The notes: generated by a model not told the origin, from the letters alone. 63,051 bases of DNA, filler included, from Intoshia linei (GCA_001642005.1; 8 parts of 8 records of this genome joined end to end with filler, not necessarily neighbours in it), one strand, 5' to 3'. Positions 48,447 to 62,088 are shown, numbered from the whole stretch's first letter. Translations and numbers: made by a program.

Positions 48447-51400
48447 TTACTTTTTTGGTGTATCGTTGTATGAAACTAATTTGTCTTGTACAATTTTAAA
48501 CAAATTCAATATAGAAGAAATTTCTTCTTCAATATCGCATATTTTTCTATTTTCAGGCGATACAATTTCCTAAAGAAATAATCGTAAATAAACAATCAAT
48601 AATAAATAAATAATAATAAAAATATACCGCTTCCGGAGACGAAGAATTTATTTTAATTACTTTTGTGACTAGTTTAGTATTTGTTATCGATACACTCCTA
48701 TCGTATTTTTCGGGCGGCTAAATTTTTTTCAAATATAAAAAATAATTATTTTGGTTTACTACCTTTATTTTGATTTTTTTCATAGAGCACAGTTTGTTTT
48801 TGTAATGATTGCTGAGTTGAGCATTATTTGTACTTATTGTATGGTTAAGTGCTTCTATAGCTAAAGGTGATGTTACGTCAATTTCCTTTTTCTCCTAAAG
48901 GTATACTATTAATAAATAATAATTTCCCAAATTAATTCAAAATAGATATATAACCATATAATATTCAGATATAATCAGATATTCTTATAATTTCTAGAAT
49001 AAGAAAAATGTTTAACATTGAAGAGTTAACTTGATTATTTACATAATTTTTACAAATAGGTTAGAATAAATTAAAATAATTTACATTATTGTCTCGAGAT
49101 TGAAGTATTGTTGGATTGTTTAAATCCATGACTGAGTCGTATTGATCACATTCAATGTTACCAAATTTAAAAGTTTTAAAAGAATACATTGACATTTTTT
49201 CTAAAGAATTTTGCCTTGATGAATTCTAAAATGAATAGTAATATTATATTTAGATAGTTTAGGTATTAATTATAATTATAAAATGTATGTGATTTAAACC
49301 AAGTGCATTTTATATGTGGTGATACGATAATAAATAGAGAATTAATATTTTACCAGACATGGCAGAGTAGACCATAATAGCATTATTTCAAGCAACTTTA
49401 AAAACTTAATTTTGTTACTGTAAATTAATTTTAAAAATAATTTAAGTCCATTTAAATTATTTTTAAAAAATCATTGGTAAATAGAAATAACGGATTTTTC
49501 TATTAACCCCAAATTTAAAATTTTTTTATCTTAATCATAAAAATCGTTAATAATTAATCCTAACTTATATAAAAGGCTACGCGATTTTTGTTTGTGTGTG
49601 TGTCTGTGTGTGTGATTTAATTAAATAACTACAACTTTTAGAATTTTTTAAAGACCACCTTTCAATTACAGTTTTTTCCGTGACATAATAAGATAAATTT
49701 CAACCTTCCAATTTCACGATTTAAGGGTCAAAAACCCCTGTTATCCCTCTTTTTGAAAATCAAACGAGTTGGAGAATTTAAAAAAATATATACGCTGATG
49801 CGGATTTAAAAATCATAAACATTATCATAAATTTAAACAAATTATATCTTCAGGGCCAAAACCACAAATTACCGTTCCTTTTTTTTGAAAACAGCTCTAG
49901 AATTTCAAAAAATTTACAGGTGGTAGAGTTGTATCATATTAACACACATAAAAAATTTCAATCCGAATAAGTGACGACTTCACGGTCAAAAAAGCATTGT
50001 AGTATTCATATATTTTTTTTCCGAATTATTTTATTAAAACAATAAATGTGAAATAATTAACTGTCCGAAAATTAAAAAAAAAATAATTCTGATAGAGCTT
50101 ATTCCAGTTGATATAAATACAAAATTTCAACCCCAGAAATCTACGTATTCCCGGTGAAAAATAATTTTGAATATATTATTAACCAATATTTTTCAAATAT
50201 TTCGATTAAAATCAAAAATTGAAAATGTAAATATTGATCCTACAATTTCAAAAAAAATGTGCATTGTACGTCTACACATTTCTAATAAAGACATATGGGT
50301 AAAAATCTATATAATTCATTCTTTCGAAATTTTTTTCATTGCTATGCGATTTTTAAATTTCAAATTCTCAATTTCAAAACATTTTGAATAAAATTTTTAA
50401 TAGAAACTAAACAACGAAACTAAAACAACTTATTAAATTATATTTATACATATCTAATTAAAAGTATGTACATTTAAAACAATTTTAAAAAAAATTTGCA
50501 ATGAACGTCTACACATTTCCAATAAAGAAATATGAGTATAAATCGCATAAATTGATTAAATTGGAACAGTAGTTGCAACGTCTCAAAAATGATTAAAAAA
50601 AAAATGATATATCTATAAAAATAAAATAATGAAATGTAAACGCTTATAATTATTTCTTTGATATTGCACCCAATACACCCAAACATATATTTTTTGATTT
50701 AGATATATTCGTACTTTCAATTGCACACAATATAATTTAAAAGTACAATATATAGGGTTTGCCAATATTTGGTCCACTGTGCATAGTATTAAACAATTAA
50801 TAATAATACATAACATATAATATAATAATGTAATATAATAAACGTTGTCAATATCGGTTATTATTTTTCTTGCAGAAATTTCTATATTATAAATGAATCG
50901 TCCTTTGATAATAAAATATTTTTTGAATGTCTTTGTTTTCAGCAAGAATTCATTTTCTTTTATATGAAATTTTTCTATAGCCGATAAAGGCAATCGAAAC
51001 AATTCCTAATTTAACATATACAATTGTAGGTTAATTATAAAATAAGTTTGACTATTATGTATTTAAATTTAATAAAAATAATTTGCTAAAATTGTTTGAA
51101 TAATTAATTAATTTTATTACAAATTAAATCCAAACATAATGTAACACTATTTTTTTACAACCAACCAAATTGAAATATATAAGTATACATCTTACAATTA
51201 CAACTACATATTTAAAATAATCCTAGACTAGGGTTAGACCAGTGGTTTTCGACCTATTTGTGTTCGCGATCCCGACGTAAAACGATAATATAATTACAGA
51301 CAACTAAATGAATAGTATGGTATGTTTAGATAGTCTTATCTTGCTCTTGAGACTATATCAGAATCAGGCTTATTTTTTTTTCAAATTATTGAAATAAAAA

Positions 51401-52876
51401 AATTTGATTAACGTGTAAATAAAATAAAAATAACATTGAATTACCTTCTCTACTTTCGATTCCAATAATAAAACTCCATCTGGTGAAATTCCAAAGTAAC
51501 ATTTTCGAAATTTTAGACTGTTACCGCGAAATTCCTATTAATGTTATTATGATATTCACACATAATGAAAAAAGTATACTCGAATATAAAAAAAATTGTA
51601 GCCAAACGTAGTCATAGATGTAGCATATTTAATGTATTCGATTAATGCAGATCTAACCGACAAATCAAATTTTGCATGTTGCTAAATATTGTTAAGATAC
51701 AATGAAATTTAAATAGCACATTGGTTTATTACTTTAATTATTTTATTGAGAAATTTAGATTTGTAGCGATATTTTCTAGGCAGCAATTGCTCCTTTCTAA
51801 ATTGGGATTACTTATAAAATTAGAATGTGGATACATTACATGGAATTTATGTATTTTCTATTTCGTAAATGTTTGACATTGCATGAATCGCATATTATTT
51901 GAAGGGCTGCCAAGTAAATAATATCTTTTTTATAGCAAAATATTTTCGAATTAACAATTTGTTGTTGAATATCATTATAATCAGTGTGAACCACATCCAT
52001 GCTGACTGTTCGATATAATTTTGCCATGTTATAATCTTGACGTAGTTTATAAAAAAATTTAGAAGAAACGCCTATAGATGATAAACACTGCGTCATATCT
52101 ACTCTTTCCACTAAATGCTTACATTAATGCCAATGATTTATGATTATTACAATTTTTAGAAAGTTCAGTATTAAGTGCTTTCCTACTATTCATTTTCATT
52201 TTCTTTACCGTATTATACTTGTCTTGATAAAATATTAAATCTTGGTGGCCCGGTGGTATTTTAAATAATACACAATTTTCATAAGATTTGATATCTAAAC
52301 ATTTTTATACATTGAAACATACAGTTATACCAAATGATTTAGCTATTATGTGGAGTTGATCTCTAAAACTCAATGTAATGTCCAAATCAATACATTTAAT
52401 CCGGCTCGTGCCAAAAATGATATTTAAGGCAATAATTTTAGTTTTAAATTTAAGAATAACCTATAATTTCATTATCTAATTATATTTTTAATAATTTTAC
52501 TCCATTTTCAATATCATAGGAAATTATTGTCTTTGATGGGTTTAATATAATTTCTCCTCGTTTATGATTCTTCTCAATAAATAAACCAAAATTTGAAACT
52601 AAACAATGTTACGAAAAAATAATGCAATATTTGTTTATCTAATTATTATTTTTATGTTGACAAATTATTAAAATTTTCAATAAAGTTTAAATAGTCAAAA
52701 ACATACTTAACGACTTTTTTATGCTTATTCTTTGTATAACTTCATTATAAACATCAGATATCTAAGTATACATGATAAAATACATTATAAATTACCAAAG
52801 TATCTTTTATCAAATTAAGGGTGATTATCTCATTAGATATGGGAGAAAGATCAACGTGCAATGTTATTATGTACAT
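48447..52876 (-). CDS. Talin-head-like FERM protein (F0-F1-F2-F3) with a short low-complexity tail, multi-exon
   Basis: Spliced: MYIITLHVDL..ISDVYNEVIQRI..NFGLFIEKNHKRGEIILNPSKTIISYDIEN (F0, cf. talin DFGLFL..KKGIWLEAGKALDYY); IDLDITLSFRDQLHIIAKSF|GIKSYENCVLF (F1); YNDIQQQIVNSKIFC..IYLAALQ and EYIKYATSMTTFGYNFF (F2); KCYFGISPDGVLLLE (F3). The 3' end (TAA at 48447) is tentative. Confidence 0.72.
49558..50440 (+). mobile_element. Non-autonomous Helitron with intact 5' end, in a FERM-gene intron
   Basis: A|TCCTAACTTATATAAAAGGCTACGCGATTTTTGTTTGTGTGTG: 5'-TC after A, a TATATAAA tract and a microsatellite, as in Lep1-type Helitrons. The body is repeated at least four times in the window. Confidence 0.7.
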
Positions 52877-53439
52877 TAATTGATTCTAAATATGCAAAAA
52901 TCTTGTTTAATTTCAGATATTTGTATAGAATAAACTTGAATTGGATATAAATAGTTTTTATTTTTGAGAAAATATTCAATTTATATGATGCAATAAAATA
53001 GTCATTTACTTGTCTAGTACATAATTTTCATTTTATAATACGTGTTAGGCAGAAAGGATGAACCCGAATGATAAATAATTTAACAATAAAAAAATTTATT
53101 CTCGTATATTACAACTATTTTGTGTGCTAAAATTAAAATGTCAAGTCAAACGCCTTGGAGAAGTGAATAAGAAATACTGACACTACGCATCATTTTAAAA
53201 AAATTTTTAGGCCTATTTTCATTTTCAGTGACCTTGAATTTGATAGAATTCTGCTCTGAGGACAAGTGTCCAAATACAGTCACACCTCTCAATACCAGCA
53301 TTTCGGTTTTTCGATGTTTTTGGCGGTATTGAGAATTTGGAATTATTGAGAGTATAACATTGTATCGAATAGATCATGGATACGGTTACTATGTTTTAAT
53401 AATTATTCATATAATAAAATAATGATAAAAGATACAATT

Positions 53440-53860
53440 CTTTTAGGCAATGAGGCATACAACCCTTAAATAACTTGTTTTTAGGGGTACGTGGTCCCAT
53501 TCGTCGTGTACATATTTCCATAGTTCTTCTAATTTGACTAGATGTAGCTTTGTAAATTTTTCAAATGTCTTCAATAATGTTTAAATCTGGACTTTGTACC
53601 GGTCAATCTTTTAATTTTTTTATACCATTACCCCTTATAAATGGACGGGTCGTCTTTGCTGTTTGACACGGTTCACAATCTTGATGTTTCTTCAATCCAT
53701 CCAAAAATGTTATTCGTTTGCTTTTCTAAGGATTCTCTGGTATTCTTGAGCATCTATTCCTCCTATACACTTTATTAATACTTTTTTTCCATTGGCCCTA
53801 ATACCACCCAAATCATATTTTACTGGGTTCCTCATTTATTGACTAGTCAACACCAATTAA
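53440..53860 (-). pseudogene. Tc1-like DD35E transposase remnant
   Basis: MIWGGIRANGKKVLIKC..EYQRIL..HQDCEPCQTAKTTRPFIRGNGIKKLKD*PVQSPDLNIIEDI*K; 35 residues between D and E. Confidence 0.8.
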
Positions 53861-55500
53861 ATCATTTAAATGCTTGCAAATAACTACTTGAAAGGCTTAA
53901 AAATAAATCATTTTAAGAACAAATTATCCCAGAAAATGAAAAATGGGTATTATGGAATAACATAAAATTGAAAAAACAATGGCTTTCACCAAATAAATAA
54001 CCATTATGTACCCCAAAACCTAATTTACAATGTAAAAAGATTATGAATATTATTATTAAAATCATAAATATTATAATAAATTTAAATTTGAAAAAGGCAT
54101 ATTTCAGGGCCAAAACCACAAATTACCCTTTTTTCAAAAAAAGATAATAATGTTAGAATTTAAAAAAAAAAGTAGTTATCTCCAGTATTTATGTTGTTTG
54201 CTTAGTTTTACCTTATTTTAATTATATTACAATATTTATATAATAAATTCGTAGTTTTTAATATTACTTTTCATTTAACAAATATATTTTTGAATTGGCA
54301 TCTAAAAGAATTACATTATTTATATCATATATAAAACTTAAATGAAATATATTGCAATTTTAATCCTGATGCTTGTTTTACAAGAATTATTGGCAGCGGG
54401 TATTTTAAATTATTATATTACCACAGCGTTTGTTAAATAGGGTTCTACGAAAAAAGATCTTTATTCAAGTTCTTATACACACATACATACACTGTATAAT
54501 ATATAGTCTATATTATACGACATTTTACTTAAAGAGTTTGCACTGTACATTTAAATTGGGGTTCGTAATATAATTTGATATAAATTATTAGCCCAAAATG
54601 AGTTTTTTATACGATTTTGGCTCATTTCAAGCTACATATTTAAAGCAATTTGTATTTATGTTGTTTCAAATTAGTCAGTGTGTATATTACAGTACAGTAG
54701 TATGTTTATTTTATATTTTCCAAAAAGTTTCTGGTTAAATTGTGCATCGCAAATAAAGATTTTAATAAAAATTATTGAAAAGTATCTTAATTTATCAATA
54801 TTTACAATAAATATGAGTGTGACTCGCAAATATTAGTATTTTATAATATTATATTTCACAATCAGATATATAAAGATGGCCATTACACATGATAAATTTA
54901 TTAGACCCAAAAAATAGATTAAATTTTTATGGTTTATCATGTAGAAATAAGTTTAATCAGGTTTTATAAATCACTATATAATATTAACAGAAATACATAA
55001 AAAGTTTATAGACCTTCTAGTTTGACAATTGGATATGCATTTTAACGCATGTTTAAAAAATAAAATATAATTAAAACTCGTTGTAAAACAAAATAAAAGC
55101 TGTTAAATAATTTCAATTTCAAACTGCTGATTTAGGTTATCTACTTTCATCATTTTGTTTTGTTATTATTTCATAGATCTTAATTCTAGAAACTAGAATT
55201 TAAATTATTTATTATAACGATTTATAAGTATAAATTTAGGAAGTAATATTTAAATTTTAATANNNNNNNNNNNNNNNNNNNNNNNNNNNNNNNNNNNNNN
55301 NNNNNNTTAATTAATTAANNNNNNNNNNNNNNNNNNNNNNNNNNNNNNNNNNNNNNNNNNNNTTTATACTGTTCGATTCCATGTTGATGTTAGTTTCTTC
55401 CATTAAGTCTTTTGTTTATAATTCGAGGTACTATTATTAAGAGATTAAAATTATTTTTCAATTAAAAATAATCCTGTTATTATATTATATTGTTATATTA

Positions 55501-56459
55501 TTAATCCTGAGCTATTATATTATTTACCCAACTACTTTTTGAGGATTTATAATATATAGGAATATCATAGTTCTTGAAGCACCTTGGCATTTTGCTTTTT
55601 CCAACAACTATCAATTTATGCCTATCTGTGCCATCCATGTTGGATGTACAACATATAGTTATTCTTTCTTTGCTAGTTTTTTTTTCTATTTTCTTTTTTT
55701 TTCTTTCGAAAAGGGTTGCTAATGTATTTCTGGTCATTTTACGCCATTCCAACCCTGTTTCATCCATATTATAAATTTGGCATTCTGTCAAATTTTCTTG
55801 TAAGATTAATTTTTTAAATTCCACTATGAATTTTCTTGTAGCTTCGACATCAGCACCTCCTGAGTCTCCACAAAGTTTGTAGAATTTGAGATTTGACATT
55901 AAGACATCATTGTGTCTTTGTTTAACAAACCAACCGTACAGTTTATTTTCAACTTCCTTACAATTTGGTAGTCTCATTCTCTTGAATGACCCCATACTTT
56001 CAGGAACGTTGGAATCTTGGTAAATATTCATTATTTTTGGTTTACATCTTTTGACACTATATATTGTGTTAATGGATTTATTCAAAGTTTCTGCAATTCG
56101 TTTAACTGATATACCTCCATTTAGCATTTTAATAATGTTTAATTTTTCATTTAAAGTTATATTTTTCGTCATTCTGGTAAATTTTCAATTTTAAACTATA
56201 ATTTAAATTCAACTACAATACAACGCAATACAATATAAACAGTAATTTAACTGTAATAAATATTAAGGTAGTGTTAGAGCAACTGTATAACCATAAAATT
56301 TTAATTACTTTTTGATAGTGTAATAGAGTAGGATGCATAAATAATCTTAACACGCTTTTATTATATAAATCAAATTTATAAAAACGCGCTTTTTGTTTAC
56401 TAACGAAACATTTACAAAAATTGTTTACTAATGAATCGTTTACTAACGAAACTTGACTG
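55501..56459 (-). mobile_element. pogo/Tigger (CENP-B/Jerky-like) transposon 5' half with internally deleted transposase
   Basis: TA|CAGTCAAGTTTCGTTAGTAAACGATTC TIR at 56459 with three GTTTACTAA(C/T)GAA repeats. ORF 55501-56172 has HTH-psq, VENKLYGWF, IYNMDETGLEWR, SKERIT, VVGKSKMPRCF. Confidence 0.92.
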
Positions 56460-56671
56460 TAATTAGCGTCAATTTGAGGTTCACATTCCAAACTGAATAT
56501 GCAGTTCTCGAGTCTTAAAGTGTTAAGATTTATAATTATTAATTAAGAATTTAAGCTGTAGATTAACCATTACGTCGTACGTTAACAAAACATGTAACAA
56601 TATTGTGCAAATGTTTTTAATTAGTATTTATTTAGTTAGTTAGATGGGTAAGTAAAGATTAATGAATATTA

Positions 56672-57413
56672 CTCGTTGTAATTACAGAATTTGAAATCTT
56701 CCTAATTGATTTTACGGATCCGAAAGAATCTTCGTAAATTCGAATTTTTTTGTAATTGTTTAATCCTTTCAAAAAATTTCCATTTTGATATGTTAATCTA
56801 AACATAAATATAAACTACATTCCCAGACACATATAAATTACTTCATAGATTTTATAAATGTTTTTATATTATGTGGAATCATTTTCAAGAAACAGAACCA
56901 CAATATTTGCCATGTGCTGTTTTGTAAATGAATTTTTTTTCCTTCTAAAGTTGTGCCTCCCAATCCTGGAACTAAAGTAAAATTAAATATTTTTATTGTA
57001 TATTCCAGGGATGCCCAATCTGTCGATCGCAGATGATTTTCTAGTCGATCGCCAAAATTAAAAAATTACAATTCGTTATTAAAATTATCTATATTTTAAT
57101 ATTGTTAAAATTTTTACACATTTCAATAAATACGATGTGCGAAAATGCTTGGAATTATTCCGAATTTTAATTTTTATGTTATCTACGATCACACACTACG
57201 AAGTTAGATTTTCAACATGAATTTATTTTTTTGGTATAATAAAAATGTGCCCTCGGCAAAGCTAGGTGCTGTTTGTACGTAGTACATTACAGTTAACCTT
57301 GTTTAAAATATAAATAAATAAATTGATGTAATAATAAATTTACCTAGTATAATTGGCTTTTGTGAAAATGTAATGATTACAAGAATACTTGAAACGAGAA
57401 TTATAAACTGCAT
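56672..57413 (-). CDS. LCAT / lysosomal phospholipase A2 (group XV)-like, first three exons only
   Basis: Spliced: MQFIILVSSILVIITFSQKPIIL|VPGLGGTTLEGK..WQILWFCFLKMIPHNIKTFIKSMK|LTYQNG..IRIYEDSFGSVKSI. This matches the LCAT-family N-terminus (PVVLVPG.GG..LEAK..IW..RLVY..GFG). Catalytic exons were not found. Confidence 0.75.
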
Positions 57414-58329
57414 GCCTAATAATCAATGTAGTTGCAATGAAAATGTTGAGTTTGCAATGTCAATAAAACACATAATTTATTAAACCATTCTGGTCAGATT
57501 TTTATTGATATTTGTTCAAGTAGCAAAATAAAATCATAGATAAATTTCTTTCTTCATTATTTTCACACCATATTTTCATTAAATTGTTTCATCATTAAAT
57601 CATATTTTAAAATAACGCGACTTTTCTTAAAAACTTAATTATTTATTTAAAGCAGTAATTTTATTTATTGAAAAGTTTTATCCGAACCTATCCAAGACTT
57701 ATCTTATTTACATTTAATAAATGGCTACAAGTGTAGCAATGCGTTTAAAACTGATTTTATCGAATTCTATGGACTTCTTATTCTTATTATTACTTCTTAT
57801 TGACTAAAACTTGCCCTAGTTATAACATGCACACTAGGGTGGACATATTTTTCATAGTAAATAATTATTTTCAGATTTTCTGGAGGGACAAGTGAAAATT
57901 TTGTTCGTTTCATTAATCTATACATCTGTACGAAATTTCACAAGTCTACCATAATGTTATAGTGGTGCTCAAGGGCGGAAAATATACTAAAAGNNNNNNN
58001 NNNNNNNNNNNNNNNNNNNNNNNNNNNNNNNNNNNNNTTAATTAATTAANNNNNNNNNNNNNNNNNNNNNNNNNNNNNNNNNNNNNNNNNNNNAAAGAAA
58101 GAACTTTAAACAAAAAATAGACAACATATCAATTTATTTCTAAAAAAACAAATTCCTTCATACAATAGAACGTCTAATTTATAAGTTTATAATAATTAGA
58201 AAAAAACTTTTAGAAACTTTTGCTTAAAAGTCTGCTTGTTTTTGATCATAAGAATTTTTCCTTCTACTCTCGAATATAAGAAGACTTCTTATAAAGAAAG
58301 AAAAGACAGTAGATTCAATACTGTTCTGC

Positions 58330-58520
58330 ACCCTATAATATTTTATGTCAGTTACGTGAAATATATGCGTTTTGCGTTTATAGGAATATTTGTCGTACCA
58401 ATACAGTTTATAATATTGCCATTGGCTGCTCTAAGAGTAGTATTTGATGCTGTCATTGTGGAGGGAGAAATGATGTAAGTAGTGATTGAGATGCAGTCGA
58501 ACTGTGCACATTAAGAATGG
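58330..58520 (-). pseudogene. Gypsy-type retropepsin fragment
   Basis: MTASNTTLRAANGNIINCIGTTNIPI resembles the L.AANG..I...G flap motif of LTR retrotransposon proteases. Confidence 0.45.
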
Positions 58521-59250
58521 AATTTTTTGGTTTCCTGAAGCGTTTAAGTTGAATAAAATGGTTGAACAAGATTCTTCATTGATATTGTTTCTTTTAATGT
58601 TATTATTGGTTTCATAGTTATGTTGTGATTTTGAAAATGATACTTTTACGGGGACTTTAATTAAGTGTAGGGTTTCAATCCCTCAAATTAAAAAAAATAA
58701 ATTTGGAATTATGTATCCTCTTCGTCATTTCATATTTTCCCGATTTAACATAATATTGTTTAATTTCTCAATTTGGTTTTCATATTTATTATCAAAATTA
58801 TAAACATTAAATACTTTTTTGAACTGATAAAGAGATTCTATTCATAAGTGTTGATTTTTGAGAAATCACTATAATTATAATTGAAAATGTCATTTTATAT
58901 TTTAGTTTTGATGCATATACTTTTGGCTCACAATTTATTGTCAATTTTTATATTGAATCGATTCAAATTAGTTGAAAAAGTTTTGAAACCTAACGATATA
59001 CAACATCCCATTCCCAACGAGTATATAATAAATTTGTTCCATGCGAAAATATAGTAGTCAAATGTACATTTTACACATGTTAAAAGTAGTTTAAGTAATG
59101 TAACGATTGGCAGATAAGAACTCTGATAAGTTCATCTTAAATAAAAAGATNNNNNNNNNNNNNNNNNNNNNNNNNNNNNNNNNNNNNNNNNNNNTTAATT
59201 AATTAANNNNNNNNNNNNNNNNNNNNNNNNNNNNNNNNNNNNNNNNNNNN

Positions 59251-60461
59251 TTGTTGATATAGTAAACACTGGCTTCAAGCCAAGTACCCCACCTTGTAAT
59301 CACTAGTCTGGGTGGATAACCAATGTCATAAAACAATTCGCGGAGCGATTTATTCTTTAATGTAATAAATTTCATACTGTTGATGAGTTCGTCAACAATT
59401 GTATATTTCTGTCGAAGCTTCATGCAACAGTTATGCATTAGATGGCTTATGCAAGTAACATGGAATAAATTTGGATACAGCATTTTCAATTGTGATGTGA
59501 TCGATGTATTGTATCTAATATTGATATTATGTATATTTGCAATTGATAAAAAAATTAAAATCACCGTGCAGCATCAGTTACGAATAAAACAAAATTTTCC
59601 CTCTTTATATTCAAAGATTTGGCAGTGTCGTCCACATTATGTAGAACAATTTGACCATTCATATTTGTATTAATTATTTTAAAGTAAAACAGCATTAAAT
59701 TTTGGGGGTTTTTCAAAGTACCGACAATTATATTTATATATTTAACATCGTTTAAATCGGTTTCATCCAACATCATAAATATTAATTCATCTTTACAACA
59801 CGATTTTATCCTTTCAATTTCCTTCAAATATACCTGGTCGATTTTACCACGACAATTGTTTTCAGATGGTAACGATTTGCCCATATTGGTAAAAAATTCC
59901 TTTAACTTTTTGTTGTTTAACTTGTATAAGGGTATGTCTACCGAGGCAAAAAGTTCTACTATGTCAATGACAAAATCACTTTTTAATTTGCAATATTTAC
60001 GAATTGGAGTAGTATCATTCAAAGTTAATGATTTGTGTTTAACAGACGCATATAATATAATTTTTCAAATGAGACATCACAATTGCATTTGATACAAATT
60101 AAACTGCCGTCCTTCATCTTAAATTCATTTGGAAATTTTCTTAAAATATTATTAATTTTTTCTTGTCTCGACTTTGGAAATTTAGGCATTAACTGATTAT
60201 TAAATTAAAATTTGATTAAGATTCAGATTTGTAAAATTTAAAAACAATGCACATGTAAATAATTGACAATTTCAAAATCTAACCATATTAACTTATAAAA
60301 AAAATTCTAACATTTGGAAAAAATTTTAACTTTTCTAACCGTATTAACTTTATAAAATTTTAATTAGCCAATTAATATTGACGATATTGGTGCCATCATG
60401 CTGGAAATGTTAAACTATTTAACATATCAAATTTTAACTTTTCTGACTTTTGCTTGCTTTA
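59251..60461 (-). mobile_element. hAT19/CGGBP-like hAT transposon (5' part); transposase has a frameshift and a 50-nt intron
   Basis: MPK.. start at 60189, zf-BED-like LICIKCNCDV, DIPLYKLNN, MMLDETD, LFVTDAAR|YN, HVTCISHLMHN, VITRWGTWLEA. Subterminal AATTTTAACTTTTCT repeats lie upstream. Confidence 0.85.
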
Positions 60462-60960
60462 ATCATAATACATTAAAAAATAATGAAATTATATATCACC
60501 ACATTTTATAATTCTTAAATTGTCGTATTCATCTTTCGAATTCGTTTATTCTAATTTTATGAGACGAAAAATTGGTTATTCTAATTATGTGACAAAATGT
60601 TTTCACTAAATGTTAATTCTTAATATCTTAAAAACATAATTATCCCCCTATTTTCACATATGTTATAGAAAATACACATGTCTACATTACAGAAAAATAA
60701 TTTAGTAGATTCATCTTCAATATTAAAAATTATATACACTTAACTCATCCAACATTAAAAAAATATATTTTATGCTAATTATATGACGCGCACTAATGTA
60801 GAATAATAATAAATATATTAGATAGCTTCCATATTTATACGTTTTCATAGTATTTTATCATGGGTGTTTCTTTTGTATTCCGATAAAAAATGACGGATTT
60901 TTTTGTAAACAACCAGAACGTTCAGAAAATGAAACATTATACTATTATATTCAAAATTAC

Positions 60961-62088
60961 ATGTCATCTTCATTGTATGTTTTATTAACATTAGAGTTAA
61001 AAATCATTATAAAATTATCAACATTAGTCATTGCTAACTCCTACATTGTATTCGTTTAATTATAATGAATTTTAAATTACGTAAATGAAGTTGTAACATT
61101 CAGATTGAGATGTAGTTAAATCATCAAAAAATATTCCTCCAATACCTCTGTGTAATGCTAAATATATACTTGATATTTTCACTTATGGCATAAGTTATGC
61201 GTAAAATTTCAATTTTTAAATCGTCATCTCATTCATTATAAATACAGTATATCAAATACTAACATAAACTAAATTATTCAAATGAACACAGTTCAAATGA
61301 ATCCATTAATAAAATTACATCTGTGACTCAAGTGAAAATATTCATCGCAATTTTTCTTTACCACGTTATAATCAACAACATTTGAAGCATCACATACATC
61401 TTTTAACGATTGGTGGAATAATTTAAATTCCTAATCAATGTTACATATAATTATATTCAATGACAAACTTTCTCATTTGCTATAAATGGACTCATATCTG
61501 TGCATCCTCCACACCACCAATAGTCTTTTGTTGCTATTCCATTGATTGATCCAGCGTCCCGTAGAACAAACCATCGAACGTTGAAATGATAGGACGGTAT
61601 ATTTGGATTTTTCTAAATTAAACCAATAGTTCAAATAAGTTAATTTAGATTCTAAATTTTAGGCTTAACTTATTAGTAAAATAAAACTTACACAATGTAT
61701 AATTGTACTGATTCCAACAACGTCTAACATTTGATTGTCCAACAGTTTTAAGTTTCTAAAAATTAAATTAATTATACAATTTGATCATCAAATTAGAAAA
61801 AAGAGCACATCTGACTGAGAACTGACTAATTTTTTCAACTTTAAAAATATTCTTAAAATGTATTTTTAAATTGCGAGTTATTTACAAATAATCTACCCAA
61901 CTCGCTTGCAAGATCGATGATCCTCAGTTTAAATTTTAATCTAATTTAAAAAACTTGCGTACTTTTCAGACATGTATTTAGCCAACTTTTCAGATAACGG
62001 ATGATGTAAAACGGAAATGTTGATTCCACCCCGTGCAACAAATTTTGCATCTTCAATAACACAGGATAATGATCCACCTGTATTTTCT
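60961..62088 (-). CDS. CPOX: Coproporphyrinogen-III oxidase (oxygen-dependent), divergent; N- and C-terminal exons not located
   Basis: Spliced: GGSLSCVIEDAKFVARGGINISVLHHPLSE..MSEK|NLK..VVGISTIIHC|KNPNIPSYHFNVRWF..YWWCGGCTDMSPF..|..FHQSLKDVCD..KKNCDEYFHLSHR|SLHRGIGGIFFDDL, colinear with CPOX/HemF motifs. Confidence 0.9.

Noticed and set aside
18150-59250. TTAATTAATTAA motif repeated seven times between N runs
   Set aside because: Artificial scaffolding linker with six-frame stops; not biological.
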